Positions 17,217-27,510 are shown, counted from the first letter of the stretch. The stretch: DNA of 64,000 bases from Hyphomonadaceae bacterium (GCA_024743315.1 JANSWU010000004.1:323106-387105); one strand, 5' to 3'. Notes: generated by a model from the letters alone, not told the origin. Numbers and translations: made by a program.

Positions 17217-17918
17217 ATGAGAGTCTTACTAATTGAAGATGATAATGCGGTCGCTCGCAGTATCGAACTGATGCTGAAGGCGGCAGGCTTTAACATCTAC
17301 ACAACTGACCTTGGAGAAGAAGGCGTCGACCTGGGAAAGGTCTATGAGTATGACATCATCATCCTCGACCTCTCACTGCCCGACATTTCTGGCTATGACG
17401 TGCTCAAGCAGCTGCGCATGGCACGGGTCAACACCCCGGTCCTGATCCTGTCAGGCAACCCGGACATTGAGGCGAAAGTGAAAACGCTCGGCTATGGCGC
17501 CGACGATTATCTCACCAAGCCGTTCAACAAGGACGAGCTGATCGCCCGTATCACGGCGATTGTCCGTCGCTCCAAAGGCCACGCTGAGAGCGTCATCCGC
17601 ACCGGCGAGATCCTGGTCAACTTGGATGCCAAGACCGTCGAAGTCGACGAAGAGCGCGTCCACCTGACCGGCAAAGAATACCAAATGTTCGAGCTGCTTT
17701 CCTTGCGCAAAGGCACAACGCTGACCAAGGAAATGTTCCTCAACCACCTATATGGCGGCATGGACGAGCCTGAGCTTAAAATCATCGACGTGTTCATCTG
17801 TAAGCTGCGCAAGAAATTGCAGCATGCGACAGGCGGTGAGCATTATATCGAAACCGTTTGGGGCCGCGGCTATGTTCTGCGCGACCCGAAACCGAAAAAG
17901 GAAGCGGTCGCCGCCTAA
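17217..17918 (+). CDS. ctrA: Cell-cycle master response regulator CtrA
   Basis: MRVLLIEDD...[12 protein letters not shown]...[34 protein letters not shown]...[14 protein letters not shown]; C-terminal VAA degron-like end. Confidence 0.98.
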   Translation: MRVLLIEDDNAVARSIELMLKAAGFNIYTTDLGEEGVDLGKVYEYDIIILDLSLPDISGYDVLKQLRMARVNTPVLILSGNPDIEAKVKTLGYGADDYLTKPFNKDELIARITAIVRRSKGHAESVIRTGEILVNLDAKTVEVDEERVHLTGKEYQMFELLSLRKGTTLTKEMFLNHLYGGMDEPELKIIDVFICKLRKKLQHATGGEHYIETVWGRGYVLRDPKPKKEAVAA

Positions 17919-17944
17919 CCCTTTTTCATCCCCGAATACCTTTG

Positions 17945-17977
17945 AAACCCGGTGCCTTGGCATCGGGTTTTGTTTTT
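17945..17977 (+). terminator. Rho-independent terminator after ctrA
   Basis: aaacccggtgcc / ggcatcgggttt stem followed by tgttttt. Confidence 0.8.
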
Positions 17978-18013
17978 GCTCATATCTCCCAAAACAAAAA
18001 TCGGGAGGAAACC

Positions 18014-18862
18014 ATGGCCCTGCAAATTGAACCCAGTGGACAGGCGTGCGGCGCGACCGTGACCGGCGTCGACCTGACGGCGCCACTTGACGAGGACACC
18101 GTTGCGGACATCCGCGCCGCCTGGCTCGAGCATCTGGTTCTGTCCTTTCCCGACCAAGCCATGAGCGATGATGATCTCGAGCGCTTTACGCTGTATTTCG
18201 GCCCCTTTGGGCATGATCCTTATATCGCGCCGATTGCAGGGCGCGATCATATCATTGCGGTCAAGCGGGCCGCGGATGAGACCGCGCCCATCTTTGCCGA
18301 AACCTGGCATTCGGATTGGAGCTTCCAGGAAATCCCCCCGGCAGGGACGTGCCTGTTTGGGATTACTATTCCGCCGATCGGCGGCGACACTTTGTTCGCC
18401 AATCAGCAAAAGGCCTGGGACGAGATGCCGGACGCATTGCGCGCCAGGGTGAGCGGCAAAAAGGCGATCCATTCGGCCGCCCTCGGCTATAGCAAGGACG
18501 GGCTGTATGGCGAAAATGATCCAGGCGATCGGAGCATGGACATCCGCCCCTCAGACACGGCGCTTGCCACGCACACGCACCCTCTGATCCGCAAGCATCC
18601 AGAGACCGGCCGCGAAGCGATTTTCAGCTCGGTGGCTTATATTACCGGGTTTGAGGGCATGGACCCGGAGGCAAGTCGTGAGCTTTTGATCGAATTGTAT
18701 CAATGGCAGACAAGACCGGAGTTTCAATATCGCCATGAATGGCAGAAAGACATGCTGGTCATGTGGGACAATCGCTCCGTCGTGCATATGGCGACCGGCG
18801 GCTATGCCGGGCATGACCGCCTCTTGCATCGCACCACGATTGGTGAGCGCGTCGCAGCTTGA
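18014..18862 (+). CDS. TauD/TfdA-family Fe(II)/2-oxoglutarate dioxygenase
   Basis: WHSDWSF (HxD), GGDTLFAN, HPLIRKHPETG, WDNRSVVH...RTT. Confidence 0.92.
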   Translation: MALQIEPSGQACGATVTGVDLTAPLDEDTVADIRAAWLEHLVLSFPDQAMSDDDLERFTLYFGPFGHDPYIAPIAGRDHIIAVKRAADETAPIFAETWHSDWSFQEIPPAGTCLFGITIPPIGGDTLFANQQKAWDEMPDALRARVSGKKAIHSAALGYSKDGLYGENDPGDRSMDIRPSDTALATHTHPLIRKHPETGREAIFSSVAYITGFEGMDPEASRELLIELYQWQTRPEFQYRHEWQKDMLVMWDNRSVVHMATGGYAGHDRLLHRTTIGERVAA

Positions 18863-19008
18863 TCCTGGCCCGCGCGCAAGCCGCATTAAGGTTAAGCCTG
18901 GTCCAATCTGAAACAGCTCCGTCGACCGTCCTAAATTGAAATGTGGCGATGGCACGGCACTTGCCCCAGTCCAATACTGGGTGGGGACCGATCTATGAGA
19001 GGTTGCCA

Positions 19009-19266
19009 ATGACTGCGAGACTAGTACGGCACGAACAGCGTGAAGCGACATGGACCCCATGTCTCATTCGGGTTGATCACGCGACGATCATTCGAGGCTT
19101 GATCACGAACACTTCGGATTCAGGCGCTGAACTGCGTTGCAAGTTCCAGTTCGAGACACAGCAGCGCATAGAGGTATTTGCGCCAAATGAGTCCTTACGG
19201 CGCACCGCCAAGATCGTGCGCGAGCATGGCAATCAATACGGATTGGAGTGGATGGTCGCGGTCTAG
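19009..19266 (+). CDS. Stand-alone PilZ-domain protein
   Basis: RHEQR (RxxxR) and NTSDSG (D/NxSxxG). Confidence 0.8.
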   Translation: MTARLVRHEQREATWTPCLIRVDHATIIRGLITNTSDSGAELRCKFQFETQQRIEVFAPNESLRRTAKIVREHGNQYGLEWMVAV

Positions 19267-19316
19267 ATCCGGCCCACTCAGGGGCCTCAAACGCGTCGTT
19301 TGCAGGCGCGTGCGGA

Positions 19317-19508
19317 CTATTCGTCCTCGTCGACCATGTCCGCCCAGAAAACATCTTTACTGGCGCGGACGGCTTCGAAGACAATAACTGTCACTGCTAT
19401 AGAGAGCACCCACCAGGCGGTGCTGGCTTGGCCCGCCCAATTCACCCTTGCTTCAATCATCACCATGCCTCGGTCTTGCGCCGTCGATGAGACCAATATG
19501 CCCGCCAC
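19317..19508 (-). CDS. Possible small membrane protein
   Basis: One hydrophobic segment (WWVLSIAVTVIVF) and an acidic tail; TTGACT upstream. Start uncertain. Confidence 0.35.
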   Translation of the reverse strand: MAGILVSSTAQDRGMVMIEARVNWAGQASTAWWVLSIAVTVIVFEAVRASKDVFWADMVDEDE

Positions 19509-19611
19509 GTCTTAACGAGAGCTGAGTCAAATCCGGCACAGATCGGGCAATTCGTAATCAAAATCGCCCAATTTCTTTACGCCTGACCCGTTTTGCGCAA
19601 TCAGAGAGCGA

Positions 19612-20232
19612 ATGACGATCCGAAAGCCTACCCGCCAACCGCCCGCCCGAGTCTGGCAGCGCATGCTGTCCGGCCGGCGTCTGGACTTGCTCGACCCATC
19701 ACCGGTCGATGTAGAGGTTGAAGACATCGCTCATGGGCTCGCTCGGGTCGCGCGCTGGAACGGTCAGACCAAGGGCGCGCATGCTTTTTCCGTGGCGCAG
19801 CACAGCGTCATCGTCGAAGCCTTATGTGTGCAGCTAGAGCCGCGTCTTGATCCGCGCTCACGTCTACTGGCTTTGCTGCACGATGCCCCGGAATATGTGA
19901 TTGGCGACATGATCTCGCCGTTCAAGGCGGTGCTCGGGGATGGCTATAAGGACATCGAGGCCCGCCTCGCTTATGCCATCCATGCAAGGTTTGGCTTACC
20001 GGCTGAGACGCCCGCCAGCTTGAAACGCCTGATCAAGAAAGCCGATAATATTTGCGCCTGGTTCGAAGCCACTCAATTGGCCGGGTTTTCAGAAGCCGAA
20101 TCTGATCGCTTTTTCGGTCATCCTCCGCGGGGAATCAAATTGACCCTGACGCCGCAACCGACAGAAGCCGCACAAGCCGATTTTGTGTCGCGCACAGTTG
20201 ACCTGCTTGCCCATATCGAGGCGCCTGCATGA
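19612..20232 (+). CDS. HD-family hydrolase (YfbR-like)
   Basis: DIAHGLAR, FSVAQHS, LLHDAPEYVIGD, KKAD. Confidence 0.9.
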   Translation: MTIRKPTRQPPARVWQRMLSGRRLDLLDPSPVDVEVEDIAHGLARVARWNGQTKGAHAFSVAQHSVIVEALCVQLEPRLDPRSRLLALLHDAPEYVIGDMISPFKAVLGDGYKDIEARLAYAIHARFGLPAETPASLKRLIKKADNICAWFEATQLAGFSEAESDRFFGHPPRGIKLTLTPQPTEAAQADFVSRTVDLLAHIEAPA

Positions 20233-21164
20233 GCCTGATCATTGGCTTGTCGGTCGTGATTGTCGCCTATGATGGCGAAAAGCCGCGCGTGCTGACAACC
20301 CGCCGCGACGGCGATCTCGCTGCCCTGCCCTTCGGCGCGTTTGACCCGGAAGCGCATCGCACATTTGAACTCGCTTTGCGCGGTTGGGTGAAAGAACAGA
20401 CCGGCTTTCAGCTCGGCTATGTCGAACAGCTCTACACATTCGGCGATCGCGACCGCGAAAGCCCGGAAGCGACCTTGCTCAACGCGCCGCCAGATGCCCG
20501 TGTTGTCAGCGTTGGCTATTTGGCCCTCACGCCCGAAGCTGAACGTTTGCCGGAAGCCTTTGAAGCGCGTTGGCGCGGTTGGTATCGCCATTTTCCCTGG
20601 GAAGACCGCCGCGCCGGCCCGCCGGCAATTATTCAACAGGTGATCGCGCCAAAGCTGATCACCTGGGCCGCCGGCAACCCGGACCGACTGACCCGGGCGG
20701 AGAGCGCGTTCGGCCTGCATGGCAATGACTGGCCGGATGAGGCGGTGCTCGAGCGCTATGAGCTGCTATATGAAGCGGGGCTTGTGGCGGAATGTGCGCG
20801 AGATCTGGACCTGCCTGAACCGGATGCCCAGCTCGGCGAACCGATGGCGTCTGATCATAGACGGATCCTCGCCACCGCAATCAGCCGCTTGCGCGCCAAG
20901 ATCCGGTATCGCCCCGTCGTGTTTGAGCTGATGCCAGAGCGGTTCACGCTGACGGCGCTGCAAAGCACGGTCGAAGCCATTCTCGGACAAGTGCTGCACA
21001 AACAGAATTTCCGTCGCGCCCTGGATCGCACCGGTCTGGTGGAAGGCACCGGCGAAATGGAAAGCGGCACCGGCGGACGCCCGGCAGAGCTTTACCGGTT
21101 CAAGCGCGAAGCCTTGCGCAAGACCGGTGCACGCGGCCTAACCGCCCCGGTCGTTCGCGTTTAA
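20229..21164 (+). CDS. NrtR-like Nudix/winged-helix regulator
   Basis: Degenerate Nudix box, YVEQLYTFGD, C-terminal FTLTALQ...HKQNFRR...TGGRPAELYRF. Confidence 0.85.
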   Translation: MSLIIGLSVVIVAYDGEKPRVLTTRRDGDLAALPFGAFDPEAHRTFELALRGWVKEQTGFQLGYVEQLYTFGDRDRESPEATLLNAPPDARVVSVGYLALTPEAERLPEAFEARWRGWYRHFPWEDRRAGPPAIIQQVIAPKLITWAAGNPDRLTRAESAFGLHGNDWPDEAVLERYELLYEAGLVAECARDLDLPEPDAQLGEPMASDHRRILATAISRLRAKIRYRPVVFELMPERFTLTALQSTVEAILGQVLHKQNFRRALDRTGLVEGTGEMESGTGGRPAELYRFKREALRKTGARGLTAPVVRV

Positions 21165-22402
21165 GTCACTGTCGCCTTTATCTTGAACTGAGGCTGATCC
21201 CAGGTGCGCGCCGCGAGGATCTCCTGCAGCGCCTCCATCGCATCCCAAACCTCCGTAAAGCGCACATAGAGCGGCGAGAATCCAAATCGCATTGCGTCTG
21301 GCGCCCGAAAATCCGGAATGATATTGCGCGCGATCAAGGCCTGGACGACGGCATATCCCTGTTCATGCAACAGGCTGACATGGCCGCCGCGCCGCGCGCC
21401 AATTCCGGGCGAGATCGGTTCTAGGCCCAGCCGTTCCGCCCACCACAAACAAAGATCCCCGAGGGCCCGCGCCTTGGCGCTGAGTTGCTCGACCGAAACA
21501 CCTTCAAAAACATCAAGTGCGCCGTCCAAAGCGCGCAAGGACAGGACCCCGGGTGTCCCAGCAGCAAAGCGCGCTGCGCCCGCCACCGGGCGGTAATCTG
21601 CATCAAACGCAAACGGGTCAGCATGGCCAAACCAGCCCGGCAATGGATTGCGTAGCCTCGACGCGATGTCTTCTGCGGCAAAGATGAAAGCCGGGGCGCC
21701 CGGTCCGCCATTGATGTATTTATAGGTGCAGCCGGTTGCCAAATTCGCACCATCGTCAGCTAGGTTGAGATCGACGCAGCCGGTGGCATGACTGAGATCC
21801 CAAATGATCAGCGCCCCAGCCTCAGCCGCGATCTGTTCCAGGCCGGCAATATCCTCAATCACGGCGGTGCGATAATTGACGACACTTTTCAAAAGCACGC
21901 CGCCATCGCGCAAGGCCTGCCGCGCGGCGCCGCTCTCTATGCGGACAAAGTCGGCGCCGGTCTGAGCGCTCAAGCCCTGTGCCATATACTGGTCGGTCGG
22001 AAACTCATCCGCCTCGACCAGGATCCGTTTATGGTCGACCAGGTCCAATGCCGCCGCAGCCAGTTTGTAGAGATTGATCGATACGCTGTCACAGACGATG
22101 ACGTCTTCTGCGGGTGCGCCGATCAAACGCCCGAGTTTCGCGCCGACTGTCTTCGGCAGATTGATCCAGTCAGCGTCGTTCCACGACCGGATCAGACCCC
22201 GACTCCATTCCTCATGCGCCGTGCGCTCTACCGCTTCCAGCGCAGTGCGCGAACTTGGGCCAAGCGAATGACCGTCGAGATAGATCAGACCGTCGGGCAA
22301 ACAGAATTTCTGCGCCGCTAATGCCAATGGGTCGCTTTGATCTTCAGCCATGGCCGCCGCGCGGCTGGTCGGGAGTGCATATGCCATACGCGCCTTCTGC
22401 AA
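21161..22402 (-). CDS. kynU: Kynureninase
   Basis: IYLDGHSLG, DSVSINLYK, WDLSHATG, GCTYKYINGGPGAP, LPGWFGH, RGGHVS, DFRAPD. True start may be 22351. Confidence 0.92.
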   Translation of the reverse strand: MQKARMAYALPTSRAAAMAEDQSDPLALAAQKFCLPDGLIYLDGHSLGPSSRTALEAVERTAHEEWSRGLIRSWNDADWINLPKTVGAKLGRLIGAPAEDVIVCDSVSINLYKLAAAALDLVDHKRILVEADEFPTDQYMAQGLSAQTGADFVRIESGAARQALRDGGVLLKSVVNYRTAVIEDIAGLEQIAAEAGALIIWDLSHATGCVDLNLADDGANLATGCTYKYINGGPGAPAFIFAAEDIASRLRNPLPGWFGHADPFAFDADYRPVAGAARFAAGTPGVLSLRALDGALDVFEGVSVEQLSAKARALGDLCLWWAERLGLEPISPGIGARRGGHVSLLHEQGYAVVQALIARNIIPDFRAPDAMRFGFSPLYVRFTEVWDAMEALQEILAARTWDQPQFKIKATVT

Positions 22403-22472
22403 TAGGATTTGAAACGGGACCAGTCCTCAATCGTGCTTGCCAAACTAGGCCGAACACGAAAAAAGACCCACT

Positions 22473-23438
22473 ATGAAACTGCTCGTCTCCCTCAGCGTCG
22501 CCATGATTTGCCTCGCCGCTTGCGCGCAAGAGCCCGCGCCCGCTGAACCATCCGCCCCTGATCTCGCAGCAAATGTTGAAACAACCGACATGCCTGCCGA
22601 GCTGGCGCTGTTGACCTGGGGGGATTTACTGTCGCAGGAACAGCCAAACCCGACCACCAGCATCCGCCTTGGCGACAAGGAGACTGAGATTGTCGATCTC
22701 TGGATCCCTGAAACCCCCGGACCACATCCCGTTGTGCTGATGGTGCATGGCGGGTGTTGGCAGAAAGCCGTCGCGGATCGCACTTTGATGAATTATGCCG
22801 CCGAAGACCTACGCCAGCGCGGGCTTGCGGTGTGGAACATTGAATATCGCGGCGTTGATGAGGACGGCGGCGGCTATCCGGGAACCTATTTCGACGTCGC
22901 CAAAGCCGCAGACGCGCTGCGCGATCATGCTGAAGAAAATGATCTCGACCTTAATCGGGTGGCGGGCATTGGCCACTCCGCGGGCGGGCATCTGGTGACC
23001 TGGCTTGCGACGCGATCGGCATTGCCTGAAACCAGCCCGTTAAAGACTGCCAATCCTTTGCCATTAGTCGGCGTGATCAATTCGGGCGGTTTGGCCGATC
23101 TCGAGACGTCAGTGAGAGTTACGCAATTCGATTGTTTGGGCGCGATCATCGATGAGCTTACGGGCAACCCGAGCGAATCCCGGGAGAACGTTTATTCAGA
23201 CACGTCGCCCGCCGAACTGTTGCCCGTGCCGGGGGCCTTTGTCAGTGTCAGCGGGGCCATGGACCGTATTTCTCCGCCCGGGCTGGCAGATGAAATTGCT
23301 GCCAAGGATCGGGCAACGGGCGGATCGGGCCGCGCTGTCATTGTCCCGGGCAACAATCATGTCGACCTGATCGCGCCGGGAACCGCCGCCTGGGAAACCC
23401 AGGCCAGTTTGCTGCAAGAGATGCTAGCGCCGCGCTAA
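22473..23438 (+). CDS. Alpha/beta hydrolase (esterase/lipase) lipoprotein
   Basis: Lipobox LAAC, HGGCW oxyanion motif, GHSAGG nucleophile, NHVDL. Confidence 0.88.
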   Translation: MKLLVSLSVAMICLAACAQEPAPAEPSAPDLAANVETTDMPAELALLTWGDLLSQEQPNPTTSIRLGDKETEIVDLWIPETPGPHPVVLMVHGGCWQKAVADRTLMNYAAEDLRQRGLAVWNIEYRGVDEDGGGYPGTYFDVAKAADALRDHAEENDLDLNRVAGIGHSAGGHLVTWLATRSALPETSPLKTANPLPLVGVINSGGLADLETSVRVTQFDCLGAIIDELTGNPSESRENVYSDTSPAELLPVPGAFVSVSGAMDRISPPGLADEIAAKDRATGGSGRAVIVPGNNHVDLIAPGTAAWETQASLLQEMLAPR

Positions 23439-24080
23439 GGCCTGGAACGCCGGATAGGTGAACCCTGCCGCCAGCCCGCCCAAATGCGCGGCCCAGGCAA
23501 TCACCATCATTCCGACATCGCCGCCGAGAAAGGCCAAGACGAGATTGATCAGGATCCAGGGCACGCTGATCGACCAGGCACCGCGCCAGCCGCTTTGAAT
23601 AAAACCAACCGCCGGCAACAGGCCTGAAATCGCCGAAGAGGCGCCAATGGCGATCCCGTCCTTGGCTTCGATCGCGTACCAGAGCATTTGTGCCAAGCCC
23701 CCACCAATGGCGCAGACGGCGAAGAAGATCAGGAACAGGATCGATCCTGAGACAGATTTGCCGAGCGCGTTGGCGATGATCGGCCCGAGCGCAATCAGCA
23801 TGGCCATGTTCAGTAATAAATGAAACGATCCACCGTGCAGGAATGTGTGCAGCACGAAAGGCGCGAAATCACCCCAGGGCCGGACCACGCCTTCAAAGCC
23901 TGGTCCGCCAGCGATCGCAGCGACCGACAACATCCACTCTTGCAGTCGAGGCGAAACATTGAACTGGACCAGCGACACAGCAATTATCGCCCCGGCGAGG
24001 AGCAGGATGACGGTCGGGAACCCCTTGCGGAAAATCGGAGGTTTCTCCGGCGCCTGACCGGGCTCATTATAGACTTGCAT
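23424..24080 (-). CDS. Rhomboid intramembrane serine protease
   Basis: FLHGGSFHLLLNM, GASSAISG, AWAAHLGG. Confidence 0.9.
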   Translation of the reverse strand: MQVYNEPGQAPEKPPIFRKGFPTVILLLAGAIIAVSLVQFNVSPRLQEWMLSVAAIAGGPGFEGVVRPWGDFAPFVLHTFLHGGSFHLLLNMAMLIALGPIIANALGKSVSGSILFLIFFAVCAIGGGLAQMLWYAIEAKDGIAIGASSAISGLLPAVGFIQSGWRGAWSISVPWILINLVLAFLGGDVGMMVIAWAAHLGGLAAGFTYPAFQALARR

Positions 24081-24175
24081 TCGTCCAATATGGCGTCTTG
24101 GCGAGGAAGTACCAGCCTTGCTCTGCCGCCACGTGATGGCTTGACCTCTGCGATGCCACAGCCACGATCCGGCCT

Positions 24176-25345
24176 ATGACTTTGACCTTTGACAGCCTCC
24201 GCCCGCCCTGCCCGCACATGGATGAGACGCATTCTGAATGGCGGCGCTCCGTGCGCGGCTTTGTCGACAAAGAGATCATGCCGTTTGTGGAAGACTGGGA
24301 AGAGGCGGGTCGGATCCCACGCGAGCTGTTCAAAAAGGCCAAAGCGGCAGGCATTCTTGGCATTGGCTATCCAACCGAATATGGCGGTGAAGGCACCGAG
24401 TTTGACCGTTTCCACGGCATTGTCACCTCTGAAGAACTGGCGCGGATCGGCGCCGGCGGGGTGTCCTCGGCGCTGATGATTCATGGCATTGGCTTGCCCC
24501 CGATTATGGCCCTCGGCAACGAGGAGATGAAAACCGAGATTGGCCGTCAGGTCCTGTCCGGTGAGACACAGATCAGCCTTGGCATCACCGAACCGTCGGC
24601 CGGCTCCGACGTCGCGCAACTCAAGACCAAAGCCGTGAAGGATGGCAATGGCTGGCGCGTGAATGGCTCGAAGACTTACATCACTGGCGGCATGACTTCG
24701 AAATGGCTAACCACAGCGGTCCGCACGGGCGGTGAGGGCATGGGCGGGATCTCGCTGATGCTGATCGATCTCGAGGGCGAAGGCGTGAGCCGGACTGAGT
24801 TGCCCAAGCAAGGCTGGTGGGCGTCCGATACGGCGACGATCCATTTCGATGATGTCTTTGTCCCGGCCGAAAACCTGATCGGCGAAGAAGATAAAGGCTT
24901 TTACGGCATTATGGCCAATTTCAATGGCGAACGGCTTGGCATGGCGGCTGGCGCGGCGGCTTCGGCCCGTGTCTGCGTCGAAGAAGCCGCCGCCTGGGCG
25001 CAGGAGCGCAAGACCTTTGGCAAACGCCTCGCCGACCATCAGGTTATCCGCCACAAGCTCGCCAGCATGGCGCAGCGCGTCTGGGCAACGACCTGCATGC
25101 TCGACACCTATGCCTGGCATGTCCAGAACGGCAACACGCCGGTCGCCGAGCTCGCCATGTTGAAAGTCCAGGCCACCGAAACGCTCGAATATTGCGCCCG
25201 CGAGGCGATGCAGATCCTCGGCGGAGCGGGCTTCATTCGCGGTCACCGCGTCGAGCGCATCTATCGCGAGGTTCGGGTCATGGCGATTGGCGGCGGCTCT
25301 GAAGAAATCATGCGCGACCTCGCCGCCCGGCAGCTCTCAGTATAG
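24176..25345 (+). CDS. Acyl-CoA dehydrogenase
   Basis: ITEPSAGSDV, NGSKTYIT, FGKRLADHQ, QILGGAG, IGGGSEEIM. Confidence 0.95.
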   Translation: MTLTFDSLRPPCPHMDETHSEWRRSVRGFVDKEIMPFVEDWEEAGRIPRELFKKAKAAGILGIGYPTEYGGEGTEFDRFHGIVTSEELARIGAGGVSSALMIHGIGLPPIMALGNEEMKTEIGRQVLSGETQISLGITEPSAGSDVAQLKTKAVKDGNGWRVNGSKTYITGGMTSKWLTTAVRTGGEGMGGISLMLIDLEGEGVSRTELPKQGWWASDTATIHFDDVFVPAENLIGEEDKGFYGIMANFNGERLGMAAGAAASARVCVEEAAAWAQERKTFGKRLADHQVIRHKLASMAQRVWATTCMLDTYAWHVQNGNTPVAELAMLKVQATETLEYCAREAMQILGGAGFIRGHRVERIYREVRVMAIGGGSEEIMRDLAARQLSV

Positions 25346-25365
25346 GATGATTGCGGGAGGACCAA

Positions 25366-26187
25366 ATGGACAGCTTTAAAAACAAGACCGTCGTCATCAC
25401 CGGCGGCGCGACCGGCATCGGCTTTGGCTTGGCCAAGCGGTTTGGGGCCGAAGGCGCTAAGATCGTCATCGGTGAACCGCGTCAGACCCGGCTAGATGAA
25501 GCCATCGCGCAATTGCACACGCTCGGCATCGACGCGGCCGCCATGGTCATGGATGTGACGGATCCCCAGAGCATGGAAGCGTTCGCGGATTTCGCTTGGG
25601 ACACTTTTGGCGGTGTGCATGTGCTGATCAACAATGCCGGCATCTCGGTCGGGCGCGCGCCGATGGTCGATGTGCCTCTGGAAGACCTGCACCGCCTGAT
25701 GAATGTCAATTTCTTTGGCGTCTGGCACGGCGCGGCGATTTTTGGCAAGCGGATGATAGAACAAGGCGAACCGGCTGCGATTTACAACCTCGCCTCGGAG
25801 AATTCCTTTTTCAACGCAGTGACAAATAGCGCCGCTTATATCGCCTCGAAACACGCCGTGCGGGGCCTGACGGAAGCGATGCGCGATGATTTTCCGGACT
25901 TCATCCAGATTGGCATGATCGTGCCGGGCTTTGTTGCCTCGGACATGACCAAGGGCTCAGAACAGTTCGCCATGGATGCCGACACGTTCGCTGAGAAGGT
26001 CGTCGAGCAGATCCGGGCGGGCGAGTTTTATGTCGTCACCCATTCGTACAATATCGTTCGCATCAAACCGATCCACGACAAGATCGAAGCGGCCTATGAA
26101 CGCAATGCCCCGCGCTATGACGGCGATGAGGAATATGACGTGCCGACACTGATTGCGCGGCTGAGAGCGCGGAGGGATGGCGCATGA
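25366..26187 (+). CDS. Short-chain dehydrogenase/reductase
   Basis: TGGATGIG, NNAG, YIASK. Confidence 0.93.
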   Translation: MDSFKNKTVVITGGATGIGFGLAKRFGAEGAKIVIGEPRQTRLDEAIAQLHTLGIDAAAMVMDVTDPQSMEAFADFAWDTFGGVHVLINNAGISVGRAPMVDVPLEDLHRLMNVNFFGVWHGAAIFGKRMIEQGEPAAIYNLASENSFFNAVTNSAAYIASKHAVRGLTEAMRDDFPDFIQIGMIVPGFVASDMTKGSEQFAMDADTFAEKVVEQIRAGEFYVVTHSYNIVRIKPIHDKIEAAYERNAPRYDGDEEYDVPTLIARLRARRDGA

Positions 26188-26337
26188 ACGGGATGAAAGC
26201 GGGTTCACAAAAACGAAAACAGCCTTCCGTTTTTGCGTTAACGCAAGAATAGCAGGGGCTAGTGAGCGGTTTAGTTCGAGAGCGACATTTCAAATGTTGA
26301 GAGGCTTCGGGTAAACGACGTCATCGAACCGATCGCG

Positions 26338-26709
26338 TTACCAGCACTGCAGCAGTTGCTCTGGGCCTAGACATTCCAAATGCTTTTCCCTCGCCACGCT
26401 TAAACATGAGACCAGATTTTCATCTCTGAAAATGCTCACCGACTCCTCGTAGACAAGCCAACAATCGAGCCTCGCCAGATCATGGTCGCGATGACAGTCT
26501 TGGATGCACTTTGTGCGTCCACCTGGTCCGTCGTCTAGGAAGCTCTGATGGAGCCGATTCAGAAACTCACCATACTCTTGGATAGATCCTGGGTTCGTTT
26601 CACTGCCGCCAGATGAACCTGGGCCGCAATTTATACCCAAACAGGTAGTTTGTGCATTTGCATTAAAAATAAACGAGAATAGTATAAATAATACAATTAA
26701 AAATCTCAC
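26338..26709 (-). CDS. Small secreted Cys-rich protein (8 Cys), AT-rich gene
   Basis: SD agggaagg, signal peptide ending ANA-Q, 8 Cys in the mature part. Confidence 0.7.
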   Translation of the reverse strand: MRFLIVLFILFSFIFNANAQTTCLGINCGPGSSGGSETNPGSIQEYGEFLNRLHQSFLDDGPGGRTKCIQDCHRDHDLARLDCWLVYEESVSIFRDENLVSCLSVAREKHLECLGPEQLLQCW

Positions 26710-26767
26710 ATTACCTTCCCTAATAAAACTAAATACTATTTATTACTACATATTTATTTCTTGATCA

Positions 26768-26803
26768 ATAAAAATGGCCCCGAACCACAGCCAGTTCGGG
26801 GCC
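26768..26803 (-). terminator. Rho-independent terminator after ompW
   Basis: ggccccgaac / gttcggggcc stem with a U-tract on the minus strand. Confidence 0.8.
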
Positions 26804-26835
26804 CATAGCGGTTGGTATCGTAAGGAGGCAAGAGG

Positions 26836-27510
26836 CTAATATTTATAGCCGAAACCAATACCAACCACGGTCGGGTTAATGTCGACGTCTGCGTCGACAG
26901 TGGCGCCAAGCGCGGTTGTAAAGTCCACCGTGACGTCCGTGTTGATCCAGATCTTCTTGACGTCGGCATTAAACAGCCAGCCGCCGGGTTGGCCATCAAG
27001 ATCATAGTCAAAGCCGACCTGTAGCGCACCGCCAAAACTTGGATCGTAATCGATGCCATCGGCGACCGAGCCTTCATCCTCATTGAAGAAGAAGGTCGCG
27101 TTCACGCCAGCGCCGACATAAGGCTTGAACTGCGTGCCTGTATCGAAATGGTATTGCAGGGTCAGGGTTGGCGGCAACAACCAGACATCGCCGAGATCCA
27201 CTGTCGCATCCGTCAGCGCGCCCGGCACTGTGACATTGACCGCTTCAACATCATGTGGGGTCACGGCCAGAATCAATTCCGCCGCGATGTTCTTGTTGAA
27301 GAAGTAGGTAATATCGAGTTCTGGCACATATTGGTCGCCAATATCGACATTGCCTGCGAGACCTGCACCGGCAACGCTGAGATCCGCGCCCTCATCTGGA
27401 AGCACGCCCAGCACCCGTCCGCGGACCATCCATGGATTGTCCTCGGCATAGGCGGCTGCGCCGATTAAAGTCGACGTGGCCATCAAGACAGAGCAGAATA
27501 GCGATTTCAT
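26836..27510 (-). CDS. ompW: OmpW-family outer-membrane protein
   Basis: PELDITYFF, LLPPTLTLQYHF, KPYVGAGVN, DVKKIWINTD, VVGIGFGYKY. Confidence 0.93.
   Translation of the reverse strand: MKSLFCSVLMATSTLIGAAAYAEDNPWMVRGRVLGVLPDEGADLSVAGAGLAGNVDIGDQYVPELDITYFFNKNIAAELILAVTPHDVEAVNVTVPGALTDATVDLGDVWLLPPTLTLQYHFDTGTQFKPYVGAGVNATFFFNEDEGSVADGIDYDPSFGGALQVGFDYDLDGQPGGWLFNADVKKIWINTDVTVDFTTALGATVDADVDINPTVVGIGFGYKY

Noticed and set aside
26233-26246. Perfect palindrome TTGCGTTAACGCAA
   Set aside because: A single copy between convergent genes with no promoter to regulate; no supportable function.
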